Below, in pieces: positions 1 to 10,200 of a stretch of DNA of 64,000 bases. The position numbers and the translations under genes are program-made. The notes beneath the pieces were generated by a model, which saw only the letters and a program-made list of their open reading frames with translations, was not told the DNA's origin and made no database searches. Each line of letters opens with the position of its first letter. The stretch's first letter is position 1. Source of the DNA: an uncultured virus (IMG/VR IMGVR_UViG_2061766007_001501) (lineage: Duplodnaviria; Heunggongvirae; Uroviricota; Caudoviricetes); the IMG/VR virus record IMGVR_UViG_2061766007_001501; one strand, given 5' to 3'.

Positions 1-1198
1 CGGCCGCCGCGCCGATGGAATTTTTCATTTGCAGAAGGGCTGCGGAAGCGCTGTCCATGGCCGGTGCAAAACTGCTGCCGATGGATTTGCTGTACTGATA
101 GTAGTTTTCAGTCCCTTCCCGAAACCCCTCGGCGATCTGCCTAATGACTGCCCGGAGCATACGGTATTTGACAAGATTCCTGAACCGGCTGAGAAGCCCC
201 GAAACTGAAGGGAACATGCGTTTAAACGCGCCGCTGAGGCCGTTCGACCCAATCATGATTTCAGAGAAGGATTTTTTCGTTTCTTCCGCGGTTCCGTTAA
301 GCGCGCGCAGTTCTCCTTCCAGTTTCTGTATCTGCTGAATGCTCCTGGCGACCTGGTCTCCGGACGCACCGTCGTCTATCTTTGCCGCGAGGGATTCCCT
401 TAAGGAATCAATCCGCATTTTCAGAAGCATTGCGGCGTCCCCGTTCTTGGCAAGATAATCGACGACATCCACGCCCTTCGCGCGCACAGCCGCATCTGCT
501 GTATCCTGGATGGACCTTGATACTCCTTCAATGGAATCCGCGCTGTATTTCGCGGCCATGTTCCAGTTTGTAATAATGGAGCCGACATCCATCCCCGACG
601 TGGCGGATTCCTGTATGGCCCGCTCGACCGTCTCTATGTTCACGCCATAGGCTTTAGCAAGTGCGGCGGCGTCATACATGGAAGCCGCAAAAGATTCACT
701 TCCTTCTGTTATTTCACGAAATGAACCGGCAATTTCGTATGATTCATCCACAATTCCGGTAAGCAATGGGATGGTTTCCCCTGCGCCTATACGGATGGAC
801 TCCATCGCGTCCGTGACAGTGCCTTCAACCTCAATTGCTCCATCCTTCCAGTATGTCCAGCCAGCACCGGAGCCGCCTGTTCCGTCTCCGAGTGCAAGCG
901 GACTTTCCGATCCGCCAATCGACATGCTCATCCGCATGGAGTTCCACACCTGGAACAGCTGTGCAAACTGTTCCGCCGTGGCCTGTGCCGTCCATCCGGT
1001 CTGCTGCACAATCTCATTGACTCGCCCCATCGCTCCGGCGAGTCCTTCCGCACCATGTATATCTTCCTGTATCTGCCGTCCAACGCTCTCAAGATTCGAT
1101 GTCGTTTGTGCTACAGCATCGCGTGCCGCCTGCATTTGCGCCGCCATGTCTTCCACACTCTGTCCGCGTCCTCCGAAAGAAATACGGATACCACCCAC
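1..1198 (-). CDS. Tape measure protein (partial, both ends missing)
   Basis: Manual translation gives an open minus frame over 1-1198 (...KYRMLRAVIRQIAEGFREGTENYYQYSKSIGSSFAPAMDSASAALLQMKNSIGAAA); Ala/Gly-rich helical; downstream of the major tail gene. Confidence 0.8.
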   Translation of the reverse strand, partial: MGGIRISFGGRGQSVEDMAAQMQAARDAVAQTTSNLESVGRQIQEDIHGAEGLAGAMGRVNEIVQQTGWTAQATAEQFAQLFQVWNSMRMSMSIGGSESPLALGDGTGGSGAGWTYWKDGAIEVEGTVTDAMESIRIGAGETIPLLTGIVDESYEIAGSFREITEGSESFAASMYDAAALAKAYGVNIETVERAIQESATSGMDVGSIITNWNMAAKYSADSIEGVSRSIQDTADAAVRAKGVDVVDYLAKNGDAAMLLKMRIDSLRESLAAKIDDGASGDQVARSIQQIQKLEGELRALNGTAEETKKSFSEIMIGSNGLSGAFKRMFPSVSGLLSRFRNLVKYRMLRAVIRQIAEGFREGTENYYQYSKSIGSSFAPAMDSASAALLQMKNSIGAAA

Positions 1199-2010
1199 NN
1201 NNNNNNNNNNNNNNNNNNNNNNNNNNNNNNNNNNNNNNNNNNNNNNNNNNNNNNNNNNNNNNNNNNNNNNNNNNNNNNNNNNNNNNNNNNNNNNNNNNNN
1301 NNNNNNNNNNNNNNNNNNNNNNNNNNNNNNNNNNNNNNNNNNNNNNNNNNNNNNNNNNNNNNNNNNNNNNNNNNNNNNNNNNNNNNNNNNNNNNNNNNNN
1401 NNNNNNNNNNNNNNNNNNNNNNNNNNNNNNNNNNNNNNNNNNNNNNNNNNNNNNNNNNNNNNNNNNNNNNNNNNNNNNNNNNNNNNNNNNNNNNNNNNNN
1501 NNNNNNNNNNNNNNNNNNNNNNNNNNNNNNNNNNNNNNNNNNNNNNNNNNNNNNNNNNNNNNNNNNNNNNNNNNNNNNNNNNNNNNNNNNNNNNNNNNNN
1601 NNNNNNNNNNNNNNNNNNNNNNNNNNNNNNNNNNNNNNNNNNNNNNNNNNNNNNNNNNNNNNNNNNNNNNNNNNNNNNNNNNNNNNNNNNNNNNNNNNNN
1701 NNNNNNNNNNNNNNNNNNNNNNNNNNNNNNNNNNNNNNNNNNNNNNNNNNNNNNNNNNNNNNNNNNNNNNNNNNNNNNNNNNNNNNNNNNNNNNNNNNNN
1801 NNNNNNNNNNNNNNNNNNNNNNNNNNNNNNNNNNNNNNNNNNNNNNNNNNNNNNNNNNNNNNNNNNNNNNNNNNNNNNNNNNNNNNNNNNNNNNNNNNNN
1901 NNNNNNNNNNNNNNNNNNNNNNNNNNNNNNNNNNNNNNNNNNNNNNNNNNNNNNNNNNNNNNNNNNNNNNNNNNNNNNNNNNNNNNNNNNNNNNNNNNNN
2001 NNNNNNNNAA

Positions 2011-2039
2011 CTGCCCCCGCCCGTTGCGAACGGGGGCAG
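2011..2039 (-). terminator. GC-rich hairpin after the major tail gene
   Basis: ctgcccccg/cgggggcag inverted repeat; any U-tract is hidden by the N gap. Confidence 0.4.
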
Positions 2040-2045
2040 AACTCA

Positions 2046-2475
2046 TCAGGACGCCGCGAAGGTAATCACCGTGCTGGGCGTGCAGTTCACGGTCATGCCG
2101 ACCGCTTCGTTCACGCCGCCGCCGCTGATACCCGCCGAGATGTCGCCGGTCCAGGAGAACTTGCCGTTGTGCCCGTCGGGCGTCTCACTGCCCTGTGCTC
2201 CCGTCGCGCCGAACCACACGGCGTACTCGTTCTGGCTTCCGTCCNNNNNNNNNNNNNTAGTTGGCCCCGAAGCTCATATCGCCGCCCGTGTCGCCGATGC
2301 CGTTGATGTAGACCCTCATATAGTCCGACAGTGTGGTAATGTCGATCTTCTCCTTCGGAGGAACCAGATCCGGGAAGGAAGTGATGTCGATGACCTTGGA
2401 CCACGAACCAGCGGTTCCCGTCCGATACATGAGGTAGGTCTGATAGGTGGAAATACCACGAACTTCATTCGGCAT
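2046..2475 (-). CDS. Major tail tube protein
   Basis: FPDL..IDITTLSD..YINGI motif; continues after the N gap (EYAVWFGATG...KFSWTGDISAGISGGGVNEAVGMTV) to TGA at 2046-2048. Confidence 0.8.
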
Positions 2476-2537
2476 ATCGTCTCATTCCTTTCTGTAGTTT
2501 ATTGCTTTCATTTCGTGTTACTGATTGGATGAAAAAA

Positions 2538-2933
2538 TCAGTTCACTCTCGACAAACATCCGTCGTTACTGACCCGCACCTGATACCGCGCCACGTACTC
2601 ATGTACCTGCGAGTTGGTCAGGTTCGGCGTATACGCGCCGCTGAACCGGTTAAAGTTGTACCGCGCCAGCGCCTCGTCCAGCGCCTTGAATACCTCTCTG
2701 CACTTGGCCTTGCTGGTCGCGTATACGTGGGCTTCATAGGTCAGCATGGAAAAATCCTCAAAGTCGCTTGTGCTGTTTCGTTCCCGGTCCGTCCGGTTGT
2801 CCAGTTCAAACAGGGTCGCCGTCGGGAATACGGTGGGGTTCGGCGTGTGTACGCTTTTGAATGCGTTCTTCGCGCACAGGGGAGCCACGTCGTCATAAAC
2901 GGCGTTGAACACATACAGTTCAACATCAATCAT
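2538..2933 (-). CDS. Tail terminator/completion protein
   Basis: 131 aa; FPTATLFE and YEAHVYA pattern; position before the major tail gene. Confidence 0.65.
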   Translation of the reverse strand: MIDVELYVFNAVYDDVAPLCAKNAFKSVHTPNPTVFPTATLFELDNRTDRERNSTSDFEDFSMLTYEAHVYATSKAKCREVFKALDEALARYNFNRFSGAYTPNLTNSQVHEYVARYQVRVSNDGCLSRVN

Positions 2934-2947
2934 GCCGCGCTGCCTCC

Positions 2948-3478
2948 TTATGACAGAATCGTTCTTCCAAGCGCCTTTGCNNNNNNNNNNNNNNNNNNNN
3001 NNNNNGTGTTGTACATGAACGGTCTGGAAGGTTGCCCCTGCGTCCAGTGTGCCTTCCCGTCATCCCCCGGATACCACCATCCGACACCCCATTCTGGGTG
3101 CTGAATGTTCTGGTGGATCGTCGGTCCAACGTTGTACGACCATCCGGCGCGCCCCGGGTCCGGATGCTGGTTTTCCTCGCCAACCGGTCCCGTTCCGTAT
3201 TCCACATAGAACGCGTGAGCCGCGCCTGCAATGACGTATCCGATCCGGCTTTCCTGGTCGTAGTACCCGTAAATGCTCCGTTCCAGTTNNNNNNNNNNNN
3301 NNNNNNNCGCGGCGACCTGCGCCTTCGCTTCCTTCACGCCCTCATCCGCCAGTTTCTGAATCAGGCTGTTCATGGCCTCCACAAGCTGATCCCGGATATG
3401 CCGTATTTCCCGAATCGCGTTGTCAATGCTTTTCGCGTCCAGCGTCATATCAATAGATGCAATCGTCTTGTGGCTCAT
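2948..3478 (-). CDS. HK97 gp10-like neck/tail completion protein
   Basis: LERSI...AFYVEYGTG...TQGQPSRPFMYN signature. Confidence 0.8.
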   Translation of the reverse strand: MSHKTIASIDMTLDAKSIDNAIREIRHIRDQLVEAMNSLIQKLADEGVKEAKAQVAAXXXXXXXLERSIYGYYDQESRIGYVIAGAAHAFYVEYGTGPVGEENQHPDPGRAGWSYNVGPTIHQNIQHPEWGVGWWYPGDDGKAHWTQGQPSRPFMYNXXXXXXXXXAKALGRTILS

Positions 3479-3837
3479 TCGCCCTCACCGTCCGCGTTGT
3501 TCTTGGTCTGCTTCCGCAGCGCCAGCGCCAGGAAGTTCAGGCTCGGCCGGACCGCACGGATCTCATAGGTGTCGCCCTTCCACAGAATCAGGCCGTATTC
3601 GTCGATTGCTGTTTCAGGCGGCTCCATGACCAGCGTATGCGTGTATTTGATATCCTCCCCGTAAAAGGTAGGATTCACGAGCTGCGACGGAATGGAGATG
3701 TTCCCTTCCAGCGGAACCGGTTCTCCGTACTGCGGAACGGGATCGCCCGTATGCATCCCTGTTTCGCTGTCCACGTCCGATTCGCCCGTGTAAGGAAGAT
3801 ACCCAAACTCCGTCAGATTCCGTTTCAGCAGTTTCAT
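3475..3837 (-). CDS. Head closure (stopper) protein
   Basis: 120 aa, beta-rich, YEIRAVRPSLN; position in the neck cluster. Confidence 0.6.
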   Translation of the reverse strand: MKLLKRNLTEFGYLPYTGESDVDSETGMHTGDPVPQYGEPVPLEGNISIPSQLVNPTFYGEDIKYTHTLVMEPPETAIDEYGLILWKGDTYEIRAVRPSLNFLALALRKQTKNNADGEGE

Positions 3838-3849
3838 TCCGTCACCGCC

Positions 3850-4178
3850 TTACTTCGGAATCCCCACAAACGGGGCTACGCTCGCCAGCATACTTTCCGG
3901 CACGTCGGCGTCTCCGTAGTTCCTGTGCACGCCGTTCTCGATGTGCTGCACCTGTCCTTCCGCCCCGCGCTTGTTCAGCATGTAGGCGGCGATTTTCAGT
4001 TGCAGCATGGCGTACTTATCCGGCACTTGCAGATTGTCCCAGTTTTCCCTGAACGGATACATGCGTTCCAGGATTTTCGCGCCCGCCATGTCAAGGTAGA
4101 CGGACANNNNNNNNNNNNNNNNNNGGACGAATCGTCGATCAGTATCCGGAGCTTTTCAGTCTTCTGTTCCTGCGTCAT
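3850..4178 (-). CDS. Head-tail connector (SPP1 gp15-like), split by an N gap
   Basis: MLNKRGAEGQVQHIENGVHRNY motif. Confidence 0.75.
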
Positions 4179-4201
4179 CCTGCCCGCCTCCTTTCATGAG
4201 C

Positions 4202-4444
4202 TTACGATTTCCGCGCCCGCGTTCTGGGTCTGGTCGCTTTCAGCTTCTCCGATTCCAGAGCGTCCGGGGTTGCCTCTTCCGTTGCGGCATCGCCGGAGAT
4301 GTCGGACTCTTCCTTCGGTTCCGCTTCCGGCGCTTTATCCANNNNNNNNNNNNNNNNNNNATCCTTCGGGTCGATTTCAAAGACTTCTCCCGTCTCGAAA
4401 TACCCTTTTTCACAGCTGATGCCATAGTTTGCCTTTACTTTCAT
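4202..4444 (-). CDS. Small head-associated hypothetical protein
   Basis: 80 aa, acidic middle and basic tail, directly after the capsid gene. Confidence 0.5.
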   Translation of the reverse strand: MKVKANYGISCEKGYFETGEVFEIDPKDXXXXXXXDKAPEAEPKEESDISGDAATEEATPDALESEKLKATRPRTRARKS

Positions 4445-4462
4445 GGCAAGCCCTCCGTCTGA

Positions 4463-5536
4463 TTAAAAGACCTTCAGCAGTGCTACGTGATCCATCTGCT
4501 CGTAGCTGGGCAGGACGATCTCGGAAACGTAGGTGTTCACGTTCACGGGATGGGGATTCAGCACCTGGGTTACGGCGACGCCGGTATCCACGATGGACAC
4601 GTCCGCGATGACCTTGCCCTGGAGATCCGCTTCTTCCGGCGTGGTGCCCAGGTAGGTGTTGCCCAGGGCGCCGTCCGGCAGCAGGGCCACATAGCCGTCC
4701 GGGCAGAACTTGAAGGTCTGCTTGCTCTCGTTCTGGTACTTCTTGTCGTACAGAACGATGCCGTCCAGCTCAGCGGTCTCCTTCAGCACCTTGATCAGGT
4801 CGCCGTCGCTGGCAACGCCAACGGCTACGCCTGTGTTGGTGATGAACTTGTTCAGGATCTTCTTGTTGCCGCGCAGGGTCCGGAAGGTGGCACTGTTCAT
4901 CGCCAGCATCCGCGGGATGCCGCCCTTGTCGCGCACCTTGTCCTTCGCGTTCTGGATGTCCGCGAAAGGATCGGAGTTGTCGGCATCGGTCCACTGCTTG
5001 TTGCCGAGCAGGGCGATATAGTTGCTGCGCTTCCAGCTTCCGTCCGCGTCGTAGTTGTAGGTGTAGTCCACGCCGTTCGCCTGGATGGTAATGCCAACAT
5101 TGCCGTTCGGGGCGAACAGCAGCTGCATCCGTTCGCGTTCAGCCACTACGCGGGCGCCCTCGATGAGCTGTCCGGCGTCGTCAAACACGGTGGCGATAAT
5201 CTCGCGCACGTAGGGGTCCTTCGTGTCCACGGCCCGCAGGACGTTCTGGCGGTCCTTTTCCTTGATCTTGAAGCCCTCACGGAAGAAGGGCATTTCGGTC
5301 TCCACGGCCTTGACGCCGATCCGGTCACGGTAGGTGGCCTGCGCGTCAAAAGCGGAGGGCATCAGGGCAACAGGGAGTCCCTTGTAGCCCCGGAACCACT
5401 TCAGGTCCAGACCGGCCTTCTGCTTCCTGGGAAACAGCGCCTCACCCAGATAGGGGTCCGCGTTCGTCTGGGCTTCATTCCAGTTCATGCTGATCGCCGC
5501 GGGGCTGACCAGTTTCAGGAAAGCGTTAAAATCCAT
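4463..5536 (-). CDS. Major capsid protein (lambda gpE-like family)
   Basis: 357 aa; YLGEALFP, PSAFDAQATYRDR, EMPFFRE, GTTPEEADL, SEIVLPSYE. Confidence 0.9.
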   Translation of the reverse strand: MDFNAFLKLVSPAAISMNWNEAQTNADPYLGEALFPRKQKAGLDLKWFRGYKGLPVALMPSAFDAQATYRDRIGVKAVETEMPFFREGFKIKEKDRQNVLRAVDTKDPYVREIIATVFDDAGQLIEGARVVAERERMQLLFAPNGNVGITIQANGVDYTYNYDADGSWKRSNYIALLGNKQWTDADNSDPFADIQNAKDKVRDKGGIPRMLAMNSATFRTLRGNKKILNKFITNTGVAVGVASDGDLIKVLKETAELDGIVLYDKKYQNESKQTFKFCPDGYVALLPDGALGNTYLGTTPEEADLQGKVIADVSIVDTGVAVTQVLNPHPVNVNTYVSEIVLPSYEQMDHVALLKVF

Positions 5537-5609
5537 AATGTTTATCTCCTTTCACTCGATTTGTGTTTTTATGCCTGCGTTTCGTGTGCTCCGTGGGCAA
5601 AAAAATGAT

Positions 5610-6249
5610 TTATTCCGGATATTGGATATACCGGAACATGTGCCCGCACCCGACCCGCACATCCGCGTAAATCTTCACACTGCTTGCCCTGCACAGTGAG
5701 CAGAAGTAAAGGTCCTCGCTGAGCATTCCCCGGTTGGCGTCTCCGTAATTCACCCAGTCATACCACGGGTAGCTGAGTTTCCTGAACACCTCCGTCTGAA
5801 TCAGCGCGCATCCCATACCGCCGCCGTGAATCTCAATCTTCTTCGCGCCGCCTTCCGCCATCTGCCGCAGTTCGTCCGCTNNNNNNNNNNNNNNNNNNNN
5901 GGTAATACTCCTTGCCGCTCGCGTCCTTCAGTCTGCACACGCACATCCGGCCCGTATAGTTGTTCTTCGGGTCGCGATGGGCATAGTATCCGAGACTGAC
6001 TTCCATCGCGTCTTCCAGCAAAAGCCGCAGGGCGTTCTCCGGAAGCACAACGTCGTTATCCACCGTCAGCACATAGTCCGTCTCAAGATCAATCGCTTTC
6101 TGGGCAATCCTGTTCCGCGCCGTGGCTACGTCGTAACCCCTTACGCTATCGAACAGCACTTCGTGCCCGCACTTGTCCAGATCCCATATCGACTTATATG
6201 TGTCCGGATAGATGGTTTCAAACGTCGGTACGGCAATGAGTATTTTCAC
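5610..6249 (-). CDS. GT-A fold (GT2-like) glycosyltransferase inside the capsid operon, spans an N gap
   Basis: KILIAVP, ARNRIA, DYVLTVDNDVV (DxD), GMGCALI, SEDLYFC, GH motifs. Confidence 0.85.
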
Positions 6250-6263
6250 AGGTTGCCTCCTGC

Positions 6264-6638
6264 TCAGGTCTCGCCTGTTTCGCCGGTCGCGCCGGTCGCG
6301 CCCTGGGCTCCGATGTTCGTCCGGAAGATGATTCCGGGCAGCGCGGCATACAGGGCATCCACATAGCTCACTTCGCTGTGGGCCTGCGCCTTGGCCGCGT
6401 CGATGATGCCCTGCACAACAATCGCGCCGTTGGGGTTGTCCCTGGTGTCCACGTCGTACAGCAGGATACCGACGGCGCCGCTGCCGGTAGTGCTTTCGCC
6501 CGTGGCGGTCAGGGGAGTACCTGCCTTCACCAGACCGGGAGTTCCGCTGGGGTCAGCCACCTTGATCGGAGTGGACTGATAGTCCTTGCTCGCCAGGATT
6601 TCAACGCCACCGCCAATTTCAGTCGTCGTAAATTTCAT
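6264..6638 (-). CDS. Head decoration protein with collagen-like C-terminus
   Basis: VKAGTPL...AVGILLYDVD...GAIVVQGII; ends GAQGATGATGETGET. Confidence 0.8.
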   Translation of the reverse strand: MKFTTTEIGGGVEILASKDYQSTPIKVADPSGTPGLVKAGTPLTATGESTTGSGAVGILLYDVDTRDNPNGAIVVQGIIDAAKAQAHSEVSYVDALYAALPGIIFRTNIGAQGATGATGETGET

Positions 6639-6680
6639 GAAACATTGCTCCTTTCGTTGAGTTTGATATAAGAGCTGTCC

Positions 6681-7391
6681 TTACCGGACAAGTCCCTTCA
6701 GTTGATCCCGAACAGACGCGGTGGACTGTGCCTTGCGCTGTCCCATTTCCTTCGCCAGCGCAAGCGCTTCCATCGTTTCCTTGTCCTCTCCGTTCGCGCC
6801 GCCCGCCCCGGGCGGGGGAACCTTGCCATATTCCAGCTTCAGGGCCTTTTCGCGCGCTGACCACGCCCGCTGAATCTCCATCAGAGCGTTGTCCACATCC
6901 TCCGCACCATAGAGGTATTCCGCGATCTTTCCGGAGGTTTCTTCGTCCGTGCCCAGCTTGCTCATGACGCTCTTGACAGCTTTGGTTCTGGCAACTTCCC
7001 TGCGCAGTTCGTCAATTTCCTTTGCGGTCTGTTCGTCCTGCGCTTTCTTTTCTTCCGCAGCAATCTCTTCGGCGGTCTGCCTGGACCGGAGCGCCTGCTC
7101 CTTTTCCTTAAGGGCGCGTTTGTTGTCGGCGGCTTCCNNNNNNNNNNNNNNNNTTCTCCAGTTCGCCCCTCAGCTTTTCAAGCTCTTCCGCCAGGTTGCC
7201 GCTGTTTTCCACGCCAGCGTTCTGCTGCTGGTTTCCGCCCCCCTCGCCTTCCGCGCCGTTTCCGGCGGCATCGCCAGCGGCGGNNNNNNNNNNNNNNNNN
7301 NNNNNNNNNNNNNNNNNNNNNNNNNNNNNNNNNNNNNNNNNNNNNNNNNCAGAGGAAGCAGTCCTGTTCTGTTCGTTCCAAACATGTTCAT
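6681..7391 (-). CDS. Capsid scaffolding protein (DUF4355-like), broken by N gaps
   Basis: Charged coiled-coil; C-terminal KVPPPGAGG; position upstream of the decoration and capsid genes. Confidence 0.7.
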
Positions 7392-7526
7392 TTTCTCCTT
7401 TGCGCTTTTACGTGATCTCCCACGTTTTTTAATGCGTTTGGTAAGGAAGTTCTCTCTCCCCTTGCGGCTTATTTAAGGTCGTCTCTCTCCGACCAATATT
7501 TCAAATCAGGCCGAAGCCTGCTGAAA

Positions 7527-8196
7527 TCATTCTTCCGGCTTCTCCGCCGGTTCCACCATGCACCGGCAGTTCCAGTGCTTCCTGGGAAGCTCGTTCAGTC
7601 TGAACACCCGTCCTTCCAATGCGTGACAGTCCGCGCAAACCCGCTGATCCTTCTGCGTCACCCATCGCACCCAATCGGTCCCCGCGTCGTCCAGCGCCTG
7701 TGCCACCGCCGCGTCCGTCACNNNNNNNNNNNNNNNNNNATTGCTTCAGCGACTGGTCGATCAGCATATTCCGGACTTCTTCAGGCGTTCCGGCCAGCGC
7801 GCGGACCGCGTTTTCATCCGCCGCCAGCGCAAGCGCCTCAATCAGTCTCTGCGCCTTACGTTCCGTTTCCGTGTTAAACCGGTACAGCGTCACAAAGTCC
7901 GTCTGGTTCAGCAGGTCGTCAATCCACTCCTCCGTAATCGCCTGTTTCGCCATGCTCCGGGCCGTTCTGTCCGAAACGCCGCCGTCCGTCATCATCAGCC
8001 CCAGCAGATACGCTTCCATCGCGATCTCAAGGTATTTCTTCTTCGCCTTCCTTCGCTGCGTTTCGTACAGGTTCTGGACCGTCCGGATAATTCCGATCCT
8101 GTCAAAATCAGCCAGCTTCAGCCGGGAAAACGCCCGGAGATTGTCCCGGTCCATCTGCCTGATCCCTTCATCCGCCGGACCGTAGTAATCCATCAC
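7527..8196 (-). CDS. Minor head morphogenesis protein (SPP1 gp7/MuF-like), spans an N gap
   Basis: VRWVTQKDQRVCADC...HWNCRC motif. Confidence 0.8.
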
Positions 8197-8210
8197 GTTG
8201 CGTCACCGCC

Positions 8211-9928
8211 TCATGTTCCGCGCGGAATGCCGCTTCGGCTCCGCCTCGCCCGGTTCGCGCAGGCGATGGAGTTGTACTGCTGCCCAGGATAGCTCTTCTT
8301 GAACCGCTTTCCGCAGATGGGACAGATTCCGTACATCTCGTCCGATCCGGATTCTTCCTCTCCGGCGGACGCGTCCGTCATCTCGTCCCGCGCATCGATT
8401 TCATCGTCCCGCAGGCTTTCCTCCGTCAGGATGCCGTTGTTCTCATCCAGCCGCTGCGCCAGCTCNNNNNNNNNNNNNNNNNNNNGATCGCGTCGCTCTC
8501 CGGGTCCCTGGACAGATGCGAGAAGGTAAACGCCTGGATCGCGGGCATTCCTGCGCTCCGCAGCGTGGAGAAGGATTGCGTCTTGACCAGCAGATCCTCG
8601 TAGCTCTGCCGCCAGAACTTCGGCTCGATGTCGGAAACCTTCAGCCCGGTCATCGTGTTTGTTTCCGCACAGATTTTCAGCACGATTTTCAGGAACTCCG
8701 CTTCCGACGCTTTCCACATATCCTGTGTTTCCAGCATCCTTGCCTCCGCGTGCCACCATCCGTTCTTCATGATGATGGCCCCGTTGTTAGAGGAATCGCT
8801 GTTGTTCCCGTCTCCCTGTGACGGCATCCCGACGATCTGGAGAATCGTCTTGTACATGTCGTTCACAAAGGTCTGCGTCTGGCTCTGGTCCAGCTGCTCG
8901 TTCAGGTAATACAGCCGTCTTCCGCTGCCGCCCATATTGCCTTGCGCCGGGGGAAGCTTGACCGCGCCGAGGGCTTTCATCTTCGTGATGTCGCCCTCTT
9001 CCACGTCGATCCCGTCGAACACCATCAGCGCCTGAATAAACTGGTCGATGGCGTCCGCCCGGTTGCTGGCCGCAAGGTTGTAGGCGTCCAGCAGGTCGAT
9101 GACCACCTCAAACGCGCCCATCCGCTCCGGGTTGCACGGATACTCCACCAGCGAAATCAGCCCGAAGTTGTGCTGCGCGCGGTTCGTGATCGTCAGCTTC
9201 CCGTCCTCTTCGCCGATGGTGTACGTCACGTTCGGCGTATACACTGTGTACTCCACGTCGCCGCCGGGCGGGTTCTTGAACGTATAGGTCACGCCCATCA
9301 CCACCCGTTTGCTTACGTCGTTGTACCGCACGACGAACGTGTTCCACGGGTCGGGCGTATAAATCTCAAACGGCGCCTCATCCAGATAGTCGCTGCTGCT
9401 GTTTTTCGCCACAAGATCCGCGCCGCTCCGCAACTGGTCGTGAATCGTCAGCCGGTATCCGACCCCGCCGCAGAACATCTTCTTCGCCATCTCGAAGTCT
9501 TTCGACTGCTTCCCTTCCGTCAGCATCATGCTGTTCAGTTGAGAAACCTTTCCGGGAATCGACTTCTTGGAACTGCGGGAAACATACTGGATCGGTTCCC
9601 CCGCGAACTCGCTGCTTTTGAAGTTCACAATCTGGTTCGCCAGATTGATCACGATCTTGTTGTTAATCTCCTGGTTATATACCTTTGTCCGCCACAGAAT
9701 CGGCTGAATCCCGCGCATGTAGTCGTACAGGTAGATTTCCTCCGCCCGGTTCCTGTTGTGGACCGGAAGGGCCTTTTCCAGCACGTCAACCACGTTCTCG
9801 TCCGTAATCACCGGCTCACCCGTAAAGATCTGCCGCCGCCCGTGCAGGTCGTGAGAGGACAACTGATAAGCGATATTCACACGCGTATGTTCGAGCGTCG
9901 TCACATCGCACGTTTCGTTCGCGTCCAT
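8211..9928 (-). CDS. Portal protein (SPP1 gp6-like), C-terminus beyond an N gap
   Basis: NNKIVINLANQIVNF..GEPIQY and YPCNPERMGAFEVVIDLLDAYN motifs. Confidence 0.9.
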
Positions 9929-10064
9929 CCTCTCACCTCACCTTGATGTATAAAGAAAAAGGCGCACAATCACCGGTCTCTCGACCGCGCAATCATGCGC
10001 CTTTACAACCAATTCACCCCGTTACGGTCCGTTTCCGTCCGTATATATAGGGGTATCCGCTTAC

Positions 10065-10092
10065 ATTATATCACAATTTGAAGGTTATGCAA
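10065..10092 (-). promoter_or_regulatory. SigmaA-type promoter upstream of portal
   Basis: TTGCAT-N16-TATAAT with extended TG on the minus strand. Confidence 0.55.
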
Positions 10093-10200
10093 TACTTTTT
10101 GTGTTCATTGTTCGGTTTTTTTAAGCGAAACCCGTTGTTTCGCTGCCAGCTAAATATCCGAACGTTCGGATTGTGTTTCGTGTTTATTGTTCGTGTTTTG

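Noticed and set aside
678..2532. Long ORFs spanning the 1199-2008 N run
   Set aside because: Open only because Ns contain no stops; the real coding is the minus-strand tape measure and tail genes
4487..9946. Long plus-strand ORFs (4487-5608, 8942-9946; likewise 40518-41498, 50932-51972, 54868-55884)
   Set aside because: Antisense shadows of well-supported minus-strand genes, with no motifs
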